Positions 50,771-63,019 of a stretch of DNA of 64,000 nucleotides are shown piece after piece. The stretch is from the NCBI GenBank assembly GCA_028534125.1, contig CM052817.1, positions 33,792,001-33,856,000 of the forward strand, in the 5' to 3' direction. This DNA is from Lama glama. Taxonomy: Eukaryota. The first letter of the stretch is position 1; each line of letters starts with the position of its first letter. A model generated the notes under the pieces. It searched no databases, had not been told where the DNA came from, and saw nothing but the letters and a program-made list of their open reading frames with translations. Made by a program: the position numbers and the translations under genes.

Positions 50771-52509
50771 ATCCATTTTTCTCCTCAATTGGCTACAGGG
50801 ACAGAGCTATCCAGCACCACACGCATTCATCAACTTCACCTCTTACACTGAGCTGCTGTCACAGCCACCCTCCTTGCGACCGTTAATAGCAGAGGCAGTG
50901 ACTGTAACTATAAGGGTCTCTGTCATGTACTTGCTCTGCACTCAGATGTGAGGACAGAAAGGCAGGAGGACTCGTGGTCCCATCTCGAGGCGCCTACAAC
51001 ACAGAAGCCCAGCAGCACAAGTGAGGCCTTTTCATGAACATCTCAGCCCGCAGGCATAGTAGGACTGGATGAAGATTTTGGAAGGGCTAAACACTATGGA
51101 GATAATGATGCTGCCAGTCCCATATATAATTAAAAATAAAAATAAAAACAGCACTAGACCATAATTAACTGTAAAGAAGCAGAACCACGTTCTGATATTT
51201 TCCCCATTGTGATGACAATCCTAGTACTTCTTTTGAAATATTAATTTTCAATTTTTTTTCAAAAAGATGTTTTTTGGGTGCCGTCATTTTGTAGGTAACT
51301 AGTCTGCTTATAGCGTAATGCAACATGACCCCAAAGGCTGTCCTAACTTTCAGTGACTGCATCAGAAGGCAGGCCGAGAGCAGAGAGGCTGGAGAGGAGA
51401 GGGTCTCCATAATTCACAAACTACTTGACAAATTCCACAAATAATGGAAAAGTGGTTGTACATTTTAAGGCAAGATCAAATCCACATAAAAAAGGTAAAT
51501 TGACACTCTTTCCAAACCTGTGGGTTGACTGGGATGGACTTTGCACAAACAGGACAAAGGAAAGGTCATATTTAGATCAGCAAGTTGCAGAGTCAATTAC
51601 ATATTATGCCTTAAAAGCTGACCTCACCCCTGAACTGCACCATCTGGGTCTATTACAATGCAGACGAGTTGCAAAGAACAATGGCGACATGACACATTCA
51701 CCAGGACGCAGAGGCACTGGTTTTCCTTGTTCTTTCCTTTTTTTTTAATGGAAGAGGTTCTCTCTGAAGGACACAGACCCACTCTAAGGCAAGGTTAGCA
51801 GTACCTGGTGAGGCTTATCTGGAGATCGAGCCAGCAACCCTTACATTTGGAGCCATTCACCTTTATACCACAAGTCAAAGAGAGAAGCACCAGGAATAGC
51901 CCAGAAACCCTGACAGGGAACTTTCTCAGGCAGAGATGAAAACAATTTACATAGCCACTGTAAATAGTTAATAAAATCCTTTTTACAGTCCATCTCCTTA
52001 GATTTCCATTACATCCTGTTCTGTTTCAAACATGCATTTTTCTTTTGGATTGTTAGGCAATAAAGAGTCAAGCCATTTATCAAACGGTGTCTTCGTACTC
52101 CTTTCAAATGTTTTACCATTTTCAGGAAATACTGCGGCTGCTATAATTAATCTCTCAGTAGAAAGTTGTTTTAGAAAGACTCCAGGACAGCGGAAAGAAA
52201 AGTCTTTTCTTCGCAGAGTTTTTTGGTTCTTGTGAGTGGAAACATTCAGAAACAGACGCTGGTAGTATTATCACATGTTGCAAACTGTTCATTTCAGATA
52301 AAGAGGTAAAAAACAATGAAGGACATTCTCACTTGCCCAAAACTGTCCTGTGACGGAGCTGGTGTTAAGTGGGCCCCAGAGGCAACTCGGTGTTGTGCTG
52401 AGAGTAAATTCAGAGCAAGGTTGGGTGTCCACAGTTCTTATATTTGACAATAGGAACAGGAAGACCTGAGAGAAGCCACGTGAGGGGTTCCCATCCCCCA
52501 CCCCCTTGG

Positions 52510-52760
52510 CATCAGTAATACCAGCTACTACTTGGCGTTTTCCACGTATCAGATGTTGTTCCAAACATTTTACACATATTCAATACTCACTTGATATTAT
52601 GATGATTTTATCTTAATATTAATACCTGAGGAAGGTACTGATATTATCTTAATTTTCAGATCAGTAAATTGATGCCAAGGCAGACTTCCCAAGGGGTGAG
52701 GCCAGGAACCAACACTGGGCAACACCCAGCCTCACAGTCTAGCCTCTGCAGGCAGCAGGA
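52510..52760 (-). mobile_element. MIR SINE, degraded
   Basis: taataccagctactact...cattttacacatatt...aggtactgatattatcttaattttcagatcagtaaattgatgc. Confidence 0.55.
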
Positions 52761-53720
52761 TGGACCGTCTTCAATTCTCACCATTTTGTTTGTGCTGACA
52801 CACAGTAGGGCTGTCAGTCAGCTCTTTCTGCAGAAGTACACAGAGGTACGTGGGTGCTAGGTGGTTTGCCAAATGTCAAATACGAAATAGTTAAGAACTC
52901 AGTTTCTTTGATTTTTTTAGGCCGATTTTTCCTCCTTTCCAGCTTTCTTCCACTTCATGTAAAAAAAAAATAAAACCAACAAAACCAAAACAATTGCTTT
53001 GCTTCTTTCTGTGATCATAGAAAAGGGTAGAAGTTTTCATTGGTTGGTAACATCAAGTAGATCAAACCCCACTCCGGGCCTGGGTTCTGCTCAAAACAGC
53101 CATGGCTCTGGTCCTCGAAGGTAAATGTGTGGTTTAATTGGTCTCGCATCTGAATTGAAGGTTTTGAAGTGGCTTAACCCCACCCTCAGACAGATGAATA
53201 ATAAATAAATATTAGGAAGTGCTCCCAACTTTAGGGTATGCAAGAGAACCATTTGGAAAATTAGAGAATCTGGATGATCTCCAGAAGAACATTCTAGTTT
53301 CCTCCAAGAAACTTGATGGAAATGATCATACCTCCAGTGTCAAGGTTACATTTGTGTTGGTTTCATTTTAGCTTTTAAATAGATATACTAAGGGCTCAGG
53401 TGGCTTTTGTGGGCCAATCTGATCCCAAGATCAACCTCAGTCTGAGCCATTTAGGCATCATTTCATCTGCCTGACAATCTGATGTACTAACCAGAGTGTT
53501 TTCTTCCCACATGAGGGGAAAGTTTGGTTGTGATGTTGTGATGAAACCACAGGCAATGCAGTGCACAGGTAGGACTCAGCCTCCACCAAGGTCACTTGAT
53601 TAAGCAGGCCATCATCTTCACGCGTGGAAAATCTTGAATCACACAAATGCCATCTGTATTTATCAGAGTGCAGGAAAGAGGAAGAGATGGCTCATGCCAA
53701 ACGGGTATTTAGGAGAGTTT

Positions 53721-53889
53721 TTTTTAAATTTAAATTTAATCGTATTTATTTTGTTTGTTTTGGTTTTTGGAGGGAGGGAGGTAATTAAGTTTATTTATGT
53801 ATTTATTTTAATGGAGGTACTGGGGATTGAACCCAGGACCCTGTGCATGCTAAGTACATGCTCTACCACTGAGCTATACTCTCCCCTGC
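53721..53889 (-). mobile_element. Camelid tRNA-Ala-derived SINE (Vic-1-like), full length
   Basis: ggaggtaattaagtttatt...ggaggtactggggattgaacccaggaccctgtgcatgctaagtacatgctctaccactgagctatac. Perfect TSD taggagagttt (53710-53720, 53890-53900). Confidence 0.95.
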
Positions 53890-53936
53890 TAGGAGAGTTT
53901 AACAAAAGGAACGTTTTACAAAGATGGGGGCAGGGT

Positions 53937-54388
53937 AAGATACGGGTAGTGGATTAAAAGGTATAAACTATTACATACAAAATAAATAAATAAATAAGGA
54001 TATATTAGGCAGCACAGGGAATATAGTCACTATTTTATAATAATTATAAATGGAGTATAATCTATAAAAATTTTGAATCACTATGTTGTGCACCTGAAAC
54101 TAATATGTTGTTAATGAACTATACTGCAATTTAAAAAGTCATAAACTTTCAAACAATATGGAAAAAATGTGAACGATGGTAGGCTAAGTGAAGAAGCAAG
54201 ATATAAAATTATTCAAGAGTCATGTTTATGACTCTGTTAAATATGTTGACTATTAACAAGAAATAAACAAAAATCATAAGTTGTATTTAGGTTATGGACA
54301 TTTTTTTCTTTTTTGCTAAACTTGCAGTGGTATTATTCCATGTTTGTAATGCAAAAATAAATAAAAGACTTTTTAAAGACTTAAAGAA
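53937..54388 (+). mobile_element. L1 3' end (to ~54137) plus ~250 bp extra 3' sequence inside one TSD
   Basis: cagcacagggaatatagtcactattttataata...gaatcactatgttgtgcacctgaaactaata. TSD aaagatgggggcagggt (53920-53936) / aaagatgcaggcagagt (54389-54405). Confidence 0.8.
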
Positions 54389-55344
54389 AAAGATGCAGGC
54401 AGAGTTTAGGGAGACAACACAAGAGATGGTGCAGTACCCCAGGGCTAACACCAGTCAGGAGCTGTCACTCTTAGATTTAAAGTGAATGGTTTATGGGAAC
54501 CAGAGAGAGGGTCATGTGACAGGGCCTGTGCCTTCACAGAAACCCACAGTGAACCCACACAGAGGGAGACAGGGGACCAGACACTCCAGCTCCAACTCTC
54601 CCGCCCATTGACCAAACCCAGCCCGAGGACAAGGCAGCCTACAGTTGCAGTCCTCGGGGAGAGCCTGCCGGGGCCCAGCGCAGGGACAAGGGGCAGAGGA
54701 AAGATACCCAGCTCATCATCTCATTAAGTTTCTGGGGTCCAATAACATCAGCCTGCCCTCCTGCTGTGCCATGAGTCATTTAACAAAGAAGTAATTAGGG
54801 AAAAAAGCCCTCTGCAAACGTGGAATTAGGTGGCTAATTTTATGCCGATGGCAGAAACCAGTGTTGTAAATTCTTCATTGTGTTTTATGAGTCAGAACTG
54901 GAAGCAGCCAAGAGTTTTAGGGATAAGAACCTCCGAACAGGCCCTCGGATACCTGGCAAAGGAGAGCTGGTGGCAGTCTTCTCCTACCAGGACAATGGTC
55001 ACGATAAAACAAGAACTTAGGTGTAAGAAAGAGGGTCATGGGAGTTGAAATTATTGGCATGAAAGCTCTTGGAGGAATCCAATGCATTGAGAGGCCTGTA
55101 TTTTAATGGAATTAATAAAGCCGGATTTTGTTCTGTCCTATTGTTTTGTGTGGTTTCCTTTAGCAGTTTAGGCAGAAGACCAGTCAGAAGGAGGGGAGGT
55201 GGGGAAATCTGAAGCGGCATCCAGGGGCACTTTAGAGATGCCCAAAGTCAATGAAGACAGCCAGAGATCATGATGAACCCAGCTCCCAATCCTGTGGCTA
55301 GAGCCTCTCTTACCAAAGACGGAGGCCATTTGGTGTTTGGATAA

Positions 55345-55560
55345 CAGCATGATGTGCTGTTGGAAGCAAAGGTTTCCGAGTCCAGCTATTAGCTGGGTCA
55401 CCTTGAGCAAGTTACATAATCAACAGAATAGTTTCTTGCTCAGTGAAAGGGAGGCAATACCTGTTTCTCCCTAGGGTGGTTTTGTGAATTAAAGGAGATC
55501 ATGTATTAAAAATGCTTGAGACAATATCTAGCACATAATTGGTGTTCAATAAATAGCATA
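55345..55560 (+). mobile_element. MIR SINE
   Basis: attagctgggtcaccttgagcaagttacataa...agggtggttttgtgaattaaaggagatcatgta...tagcacataattggtgttcaataaat. Confidence 0.75.
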
Positions 55561-57339
55561 TGTGTGTCTATAAACGTATTCATATATATAGACACATATA
55601 TGCATAGCTATTTATAACTAGAACCATCTGGTCTTTATGAGGGGTGGGAGTTGTCATGACTGGTCACAGGGCCCTTTGACCACGAGAAGAAGGAAGAGGG
55701 TGACAAAAGGCTCTTCCTTTTTTCTTTCTCTTTCTAGCTACCCATCTCCAAAAACGTTGTCTACTCAAGTTAGCTCTCTTCTTCCAGCTATGTCCCCAAT
55801 TCTCCCTGACCCTGTATCCTTACACACATGTATCCACACATGCCCTTGAGAGGTTTTTCTCTTTTAAAAATTCGGCTTGAGCCATTAACATACAGTTATT
55901 CCTTTAACAGTAAGTTTTTTGAAATTTAGGATATAACCAAGATTTAGATGCTCTATTTCTCTTCCACTCTCTTCTCCCATCTCACAAATTGCTTTATTGT
56001 GAAAGTGACAGTGTTTTCCTGAAGGTCTGATATGATTTGAGAGCAGAGGTCAGGAAATTCTGTTTGTTACGCTTTCATTTGGCCAGAATGGAACTAAAGA
56101 TTTCAATTTAGTGGATATATTTGTTTGTTTCACTTATTACTGACAAGAGAATGTACCTTAGCCTATTCATGAATGTCGGTTTTAAAATGTTATGTTTTTA
56201 ATATTTTTAAGGGATTTTGAAATGTGTTGCCTTGGGTGATGAAAGCAAAAAGAAAAGGTTCCACAACTGTGCCAGCTCCTTAGTAATTTCATTCTTGGGC
56301 CCATATCCTTGAAAGGTATTGACCCCTACAAACAGCTATTACTGTAAAAGTTGACAGGCGAGTTTAACCTCCTAATTGTATTCTGTGCATCATGCATCTG
56401 ACCTTGCAGAGACAACTTGATGAGTTTCTGCCATATTAATTATTCCATGCGGTTTTGCGATGAATGATCCTTGAACGATCAGAAACTGGTGGATGAATGC
56501 ATGAAGCCTTTCCAGGCTCCAGGGAAGAAGCCATAATGGCAATTTAAAAGCACCCAACATAAATTTCCACTATCAGCTTTATGGGTTTTTTTTTTTTTTC
56601 CCTAAAACGGTGAAAAAAGACCTCTGGAGTGATTTTGTATTTGTCTTACTCTGTTAGTTTTCACAAATTTTTAACAATTTCTTTTTCAAATATCTTTGAA
56701 ACTATGAGGCTTTCTCTGAAATATTCTCCTTCAATTATTAGGCGTTTTGTAATCAATATATTTGTCACTAAACAATGTTACCTTTGACATCCAACTCTTA
56801 ACTATGTCTTAAGTGTTATTATTGAGATCTAATGTGCAAAGGTTTATCTAATTTTCCCTCCTAATATTCTTTGTCTGAGGTTGAGTTTGTCTTTCTAATG
56901 AACTAGACAGCAGTCATGATCGCTGAGCAGTCTTCCTTCCTCCCCATTTGTTGGATTCATGCAATTTACATGTTCCCTCTTCCTCTCCTTCGTCACCTGT
57001 GTGTGTCTTTTTCCTCTCCCTGTACTCAGATTCCTTCACGAAACATTTTGAGCCATTTCTGAATTCGACCTGAACATTTCCAATGGCTGCATTTGGAAGG
57101 CTTCTCAGCCCATTTTCACGTAGTGTGTGAGGATATTAAGCGGAAGTCCCTTGTACCAAAACTGGATTCCAGAATCCAATTTTTTCCTGCTCCCTGTCTC
57201 CCTCTATTACTTAGTTCTTTTGATTCAACAACTCTCTCTAGCCAGATTTTCTTCAATGACAAACTGTAACTGGATAGAAATCATATAATTCAGATGGAGT
57301 CTCAAGTATCCCATTTGCATCCCCATGTCTATTTATGCA

Positions 57340-57925
57340 TGTGTGTGGGTACTGAGTATGTGCTTTGTGCCAGGCATTGTGTGAAGCAATTTACACTTAA
57401 TCCACACAACAATCCTGCAACACAAATACTGGAATGGAGACTTGACTGATGAGCAACAACTTAGTGGGTTGAAATGATTCATTGAATTGGGTTTAAATAA
57501 TTTACCTGAGTTGATACTAGTGGACCTGAAATTAAAACACAGCTTTCTTTACCTGACTCTAGAGTGTGCTTTTACCCATGACACCACACTGAAAATCTAA
57601 AAACTTAAGGCACTTGGGGTTTTGGTGCCTGTCCTGGGTACACTGAGAAGCAGTGATAGAGAACTCAAGTTTGGAGCCTGGATTCAAAATCTGTCTCCTT
57701 CACTTACTGGTTGTGTAATGTTGGACAAGTTACATTATTTTTCTTTACTTTAGCTTCCTCATCTATAAATAGGGAGGAAAATATTAGCAACACAAAACTC
57801 CTTGGGCCACATGGAGGATCAGATTCATGTAAAACATTTAGGTCAGCCGGACACATAGTAGGTGCTCTTTAAGAGCAACAATAATAAAAACAGCTCAATA
57901 AATGTTAGCAAGTATTGTCATTATT
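57340..57925. mobile_element. Two MIRs (- ~57340-57590, + ~57645-57925)
   Basis: tactgagtatgtgctttgtgccaggcattgtg; cacttactggttgtgtaatgttggacaagttac...ttcctcatctataaataggg. Confidence 0.65.
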
Positions 57926-59170
57926 GCCAAATAAGCCCCAAAATAGAGCTGATGTGATGTCGACTTTCAGTGATTGCTATAAGGATGTTTGTTGAGCCTT
58001 TGAAATTCTGAGGTTCTCTGGTTCTATCTTGTTGATAAAGTCAACTTCTTATTCCTCAGCCTAGAACACAGTGGTAGAAGAGGACTAGGGGACACTTCCT
58101 TGGGTGTAGAGACTGGGCATGGTATCGAAAGAGCAGGAATGGTAAGTCTTGCCCTTCATCCCCTGCAAAAAGTGTGCGGGTATATGGATAAAACCAGAAG
58201 GGGGAATTAAGCAATCTCGCTTCTATCAACCGGTGCTGCAGGCTTCTTATCCATACTTGGGTAATTAACATATCTAAAGCTCAAGCTCCTTATCCTCTCT
58301 AGGAAGAGGAGGATACCATATCTATGCAAACTAATTTCAGAGAAGGATTAGAGAGCAGCAGAAGAAGTTAAAAATTGAAAGGAGGATTATAGCTTTCTAT
58401 CACCAATGGACTCTCCTCTAGGGAGCAGGAAATGGATAGGGCCAAGCCAGATAGGTAGTTACTAGGGAATGACTATACGGATATCTGGCAATCGGTAGGA
58501 TGCTTACTATAGGCAAGGAGTTGCCCTTGACATCAGGCAAAGATGAATAAAAAATAAAGTCCTGTCTTAAAGAGGTTACTTGCTCACTTACTTAGCAAGC
58601 AAGATATAAAACAATAACTAATAATAAAGGAGTTTATGTGCTGGGTGGGGTATTCAAACCAAAAGGCTAGAGGGCAAATTTTCCCGTTACAAACATGAGC
58701 TGCACCATTTAATTATGTATAGCTGTTATATTACAGGATTTGGTTGGATTAATTTGTTCTCAGTCTTCAACAGTGTGTAAACATTTAAGTAGAATTCTTA
58801 AGATTTAACCTAAACTCATTCTGAAAAGTTAATTTTAGTTTCCCTGGCGGGTAGGGAGGTCATAGACACCATTGAGAATTTATCAAAATTCTGAAGCATC
58901 TCCCAGGAAACTGCACAAAACCCTCCAAATCTGCCTATAGGTGTAGAGGTTGACAGAGCCTCTAAAATCCGTCCATGAACCCCCAGCAGGAGCAACCGTT
59001 TTACAGGTACTCAGTTACCTATAGTTTCCCAAAACTTACCAGATCTCAGTGATTTTTGGTTATTGTTGTTGTTAGCTTTAGCTGTTTTAAATAATGCTAT
59101 AGTCATGATTTTTGGAATTAAAATATCTCAGAAAACAGAAAAGAACTTCAAAAGGATTTTAAACATAGTA

Positions 59171-59655
59171 TGGGAGGAATTGCTATTGGCTCCCCCAATA
59201 TCTATTGTCTGCTTCTTCCATAGAAATCGAACTTTTAACTGGGCACAACAAAATGAAGACCGCATTTTCCATCCTCTCCAGGTGTTGCCATGTCCCCGAG
59301 TTCTAACCAATGGCTGTAGATAGAAGTGTTGTGAAGCTACCTCTGAATTCTCCTCAACAAAAGACTCAAGGGTGCCCTTTTCTCCTCTTTTCTCTCTTCC
59401 TCCATCCAGCTGCTTGGAACGTGGATCTGATGGCTGAACGTCCTCTTGGGCTATGAGACAAGGGACACTGCCCAGGGGTCACAGATCTGAGAGGGGGAAG
59501 CAGCTTGAATCTTCAAGGAGCAGGGAGAGCTATCACAGTAGTCTTGGATATTAGCTTCTGGACTTTGACCTAAGAGGGAACTAAACTTCCCTGTTTAAGT
59601 TGCTGCTCTTTTCAATTTTCCTATTACTTTTAGCTAAACCTAATTCTAATTTACA
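59171..59655 (+). mobile_element. MLT1J-like solo LTR
   Basis: tg start; gagttctaaccaatgg...gctgcttggaacgtggatctgatggctg...tgtttaagttgctg...tagctaaacctaattctaatttaca end. Confidence 0.7.
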
Positions 59656-59977
59656 GACAGAATCTGGTATCATCTTGCCTCCTGTCATGCATTGCTGCTA
59701 ATGAGAATAATCTGTCTTCTCTTTCTGGTAGCTTTTAAGGTTACCTCTGTATGTTTTGCAGTTTCTCTTCAATGTGTATAGGTGTGGATTTGTTTTCATC
59801 TATTCTGTTAAGTCCTTGTTGTTCCTGATCTCTCATATCCTTTTTTTTCAGTCCTGAGAAATTCTCAATTCTCAGCCATCACCTCTTTGAATATTGTGCC
59901 TTCCTTCACATTTCCTCTAGCCTCCTCTGAAATTCCTCTTCAAAATTTGTTGGAGCCTCCCAAGAAAGTCTTCATGT

Positions 59978-60297
59978 GCTACTGAATGAACTCATCTTCA
60001 AAACAGAAACAGACTTGCAGACATAGTAAACAATCTTATGGTTACTGGAGGAAAGGGGATAGGAAGGGACAAATTTGGGAGTTTGAGATTTGCAAATATT
60101 AACCACTATATAAAAAAAGATAAAAAACAAATTTCTTCTGTATAGCATAGGGAAGTATAGTCAATATTTTGCAATAATCTTCAATGAAAAAGGATATGAA
60201 AATGAATGTATGTATACATATGTATGGCTGGGACATTGTGCTGTGCACCAGAAATTGATACACTGAAACTGACTGTACTCTAATTAGGAGAAAAAAA
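59978..60297 (+). mobile_element. Young camelid-type L1 3' UTR with TSD
   Basis: aatgaactcatcttcaaaacagaaacagacttgcagacatag...tgtgctgtgcaccagaaattgatacac plus poly-A. TSD aaagtcttcatgt / aaaggcttcatgt. Confidence 0.9.
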
Positions 60298-61937
60298 AAA
60301 GGCTTCATGTATCACAACTGCACTTTCAATCTTCTTAAAATTTCTGCATTGCATGATTTTTAATTTTATCTTCTAAATACCTTTTTTGATGGTGAACAAA
60401 CACATTTATTCCATCCACTGAATTTTTCATTGCATTTTTTCCCCTTGGAATTTCTTGCAGACAATGTACAGTTGAGTTTTGTTTTTTTTAATCCACTCTG
60501 ATAATCTCTATCTTTTAATTAGCATATTTAGACCATTCATATTTAAAGTGATTATTGATGTAGTTGGATTAATACCCAATCATGTCTGTAACTCTTTTCT
60601 ATTTGTTGCATTTTGTTTTTTTCCTCTTCTTTTTCTGTCTTCTTTGATGTTAATTGAGCAGTTTTTGTGATTCCACTTCATCTCCCCTGTTAGCATATCA
60701 ATTCTGATGATTGCTTTGTCTCTTTAGATTTTTACTTCTCTTTTAATGTGTCTTGCAATTTTTTTGTTGAAAGATGGACATGATATATCAGGTAATAGGA
60801 ACTAAGGTAAATAAGACTTTGGCATGAAGTTTTATGTTAATCTGGCTAAAAGTTGGGCTCTGTTTGTTTTCTGTAGCTACAGCGTCCAGAGGTTTCAAAT
60901 TATTTTAGCATCCTTGTTTTTGTCTTTCCTCTTGGCTTCTCTAAAAACTCCTGCTTAGAGAGTCTTCATCTCGCAGCTCTTTCAACTGGGATCCATTGTT
61001 ATTGTGCTGGAGCACTGTGGGTGTGTGGAAAGGTGAGGGACAGAGAAAGTGCTGTATAATCTTATTTAATCAAACTGTCTTTTAGTAGGCTGTGTCCCTG
61101 AGCTAAGAGTTTCACAAATGTTTCTCAACTTTTTTCCTCTCTTATGGAATGGGAGAGATGTCCTTCTCCCTAGCCAAGATAAGGCCCTGATAAATTCGTT
61201 TCCCTGGAAAATAAGCATTTGCTATGGAAAAAAAAAACTCTGGATGTACTTCATAAGGCTTACTCTTTCCTTCCTCCTACCTGAGCCACAGAGAGCTATT
61301 TCTCAGATTATGACTGTAAGAACCTGGTGGGGTTCCTAGAGGAAAAACCCATGAAAATGTGGGGGGATCTTCCCGAGACTGAATCCCCAGGAGTTTTTCA
61401 CTCTCATTTGTCCATATTCAGTCCCCAGCAACGCATCAGAATTACTATTTGAGAATTCCTACCAGGTTATAGCTCCAGCATCTTTTGCCCCAGATAATCA
61501 AATCTTGGCTGTGACTGTCTGAATTCACCTCTCTAGTTCTCTGATAGGGTCATGAAAAGTTGTTGATTTTCAATTTGTTCAGCTTTTTGTTGCTGTAAGT
61601 TTAGGAGTGATGACTTTCAAGCTCTTTACATGTTAGAACTGAAACCAGAAGTCATTTCGGGGATTTCTATTAATCTATGTATCCTGCATATTTTTATTGT
61701 CATTATATTATTATTATTATTATTTCTTCCTCTCTGTATAATGACTTTTGGTTCTTTTTTATGGATGCCAGTCCTTTCTCTATTTCTTAGATGTCTTTAA
61801 ATATGCTTACATAGTCATTTTCAGATAGGTCCATTTGAAAAACAAGTGCCAGTTAAATAATAGTTAGCCAGTTTCCAGGAGTGAATTGCTCTCTTGATTT
61901 TTATGTTGTTGGCTAACTTCCTTAGATTTATTTTTCC

Positions 61938-62045
61938 TTTTTTTTTTTTATTTTTTAATGACCTAAAAAAAAATGGGGGTGCTGGGGTTTGAACCCAGGA
62001 CCTCACACAGGCTAAGCACAACGTCTACCACTGAGCTATACCCTC
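61938..62045 (-). mobile_element. Camelid tRNA-Ala-derived SINE
   Basis: poly-T, then gggggtgctggggtttgaacccaggacctcacacaggctaagcacaacgtctaccactgagctataccctc. Confidence 0.85.
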
Positions 62046-62851
62046 ATCCTCCCTTCTGTGTTTTAGAATTTTGATTTACAAGTCCATCTTGAGCAGAAGG
62101 GCTTTGTTTTCTTTCTCTAATATCATCCCTCCTTTTATTTTGTGGATGTCTCAATTAGACCCCGGCGGGGGTTCTTGATTAAGAATTCTGCATTTCTATT
62201 GGAATCTCAGGGCACCTGTCCTTTGGTGAGGTTGACAACAGCACCTCTCCAGTCACCCACTCCAGCCGGCAGGAGCAGGGACCTGGGTCTGCTTTCTCCC
62301 TTTTCCCCACGTAGGGAGCTTTATATTACATCCATCTATATTTCAGCTCCATCCATAACTCAGGTGTGGGAGCTCACCTCCCACTTTGTTTCCTGCTTTG
62401 AGCTACTGATTCATGCCAAAGTTTACCTTGTTTTGGAATGAGGGATATGTCTGTTTCAGTTTTTTCTTTTAAAATTTGATCTACCATTTATTTGGAGTAG
62501 AGCATGGCCTAAAAGCATGAATTTACAGCACCCTCTGGCCCAGAAGACATATTTCATGTATCTTAGCAACAACTCTATGAAATATACAAAGTCAGGCTTT
62601 CTGCACCCATTTTACAAGTGCAGAGAGAGCATAACAGGTGCTCAGCGGCAAGGATGGAACTGGTGAGAAGGCGGTCTGTCTCCAGCAGGTGATACTCATA
62701 ATTACATCAAACCTGAGATGCTCAGCCTCCAATATTTTTCTTGTTTACGATGGAATCTGGAATGTAATGGAGAAGTTCTACAGTGGGTAGGCCAAATGTC
62801 CCATTTACAACTGAATCGCCAGGTATTTCTACTTTAGAACCAGTGGTTTCT

Positions 62852-63019
62852 TTTTGTTTTCTTTTATAAGTTTCTTTTCTTTTTAAAATTTTATTCTTCT
62901 CATGAAAGGGGTGTAATGAGATTTATTTATCTACTTTTTAACAGAGGTACTGGGGATTGAACCCAGCACTTCATGCATGCTAATCACGTGCTCTACCACT
63001 GAGGTGTACCCTCCACCTG
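62852..63019 (-). mobile_element. Camelid tRNA-Ala-derived SINE with TSD
   Basis: gaggtactggggattgaacccagcacttcatgcatgctaatcacgtgctctaccactgag. TSD gaaccagtggtttct / gaagcactggtttct (13/15). Confidence 0.9.

Larger units (their letters stand above)
53655..54715 (-). mobile_element. ERVL-type solo LTR split by a SINE and an L1 insertion
   Basis: tgta start and ...cagctca end, flanks ccatc / tcatc. The pieces rejoin as aggagagtttaacaaaagg...tttacaaagatg..ggcag.gtttagggagacaacacaagagatggtgcagtaccccagggcta. Subfamily and strand uncertain. Confidence 0.55.
59700..62530 (-). mobile_element. Old L1M fragments hosting younger insertions
   Basis: tctggtagcttttaagg...caatgtgtataggtgtggattt; taatccactctgataatctctatcttttaatt...tttagaccattcatatttaaagtgattattgat. 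Confidence 0.6.
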
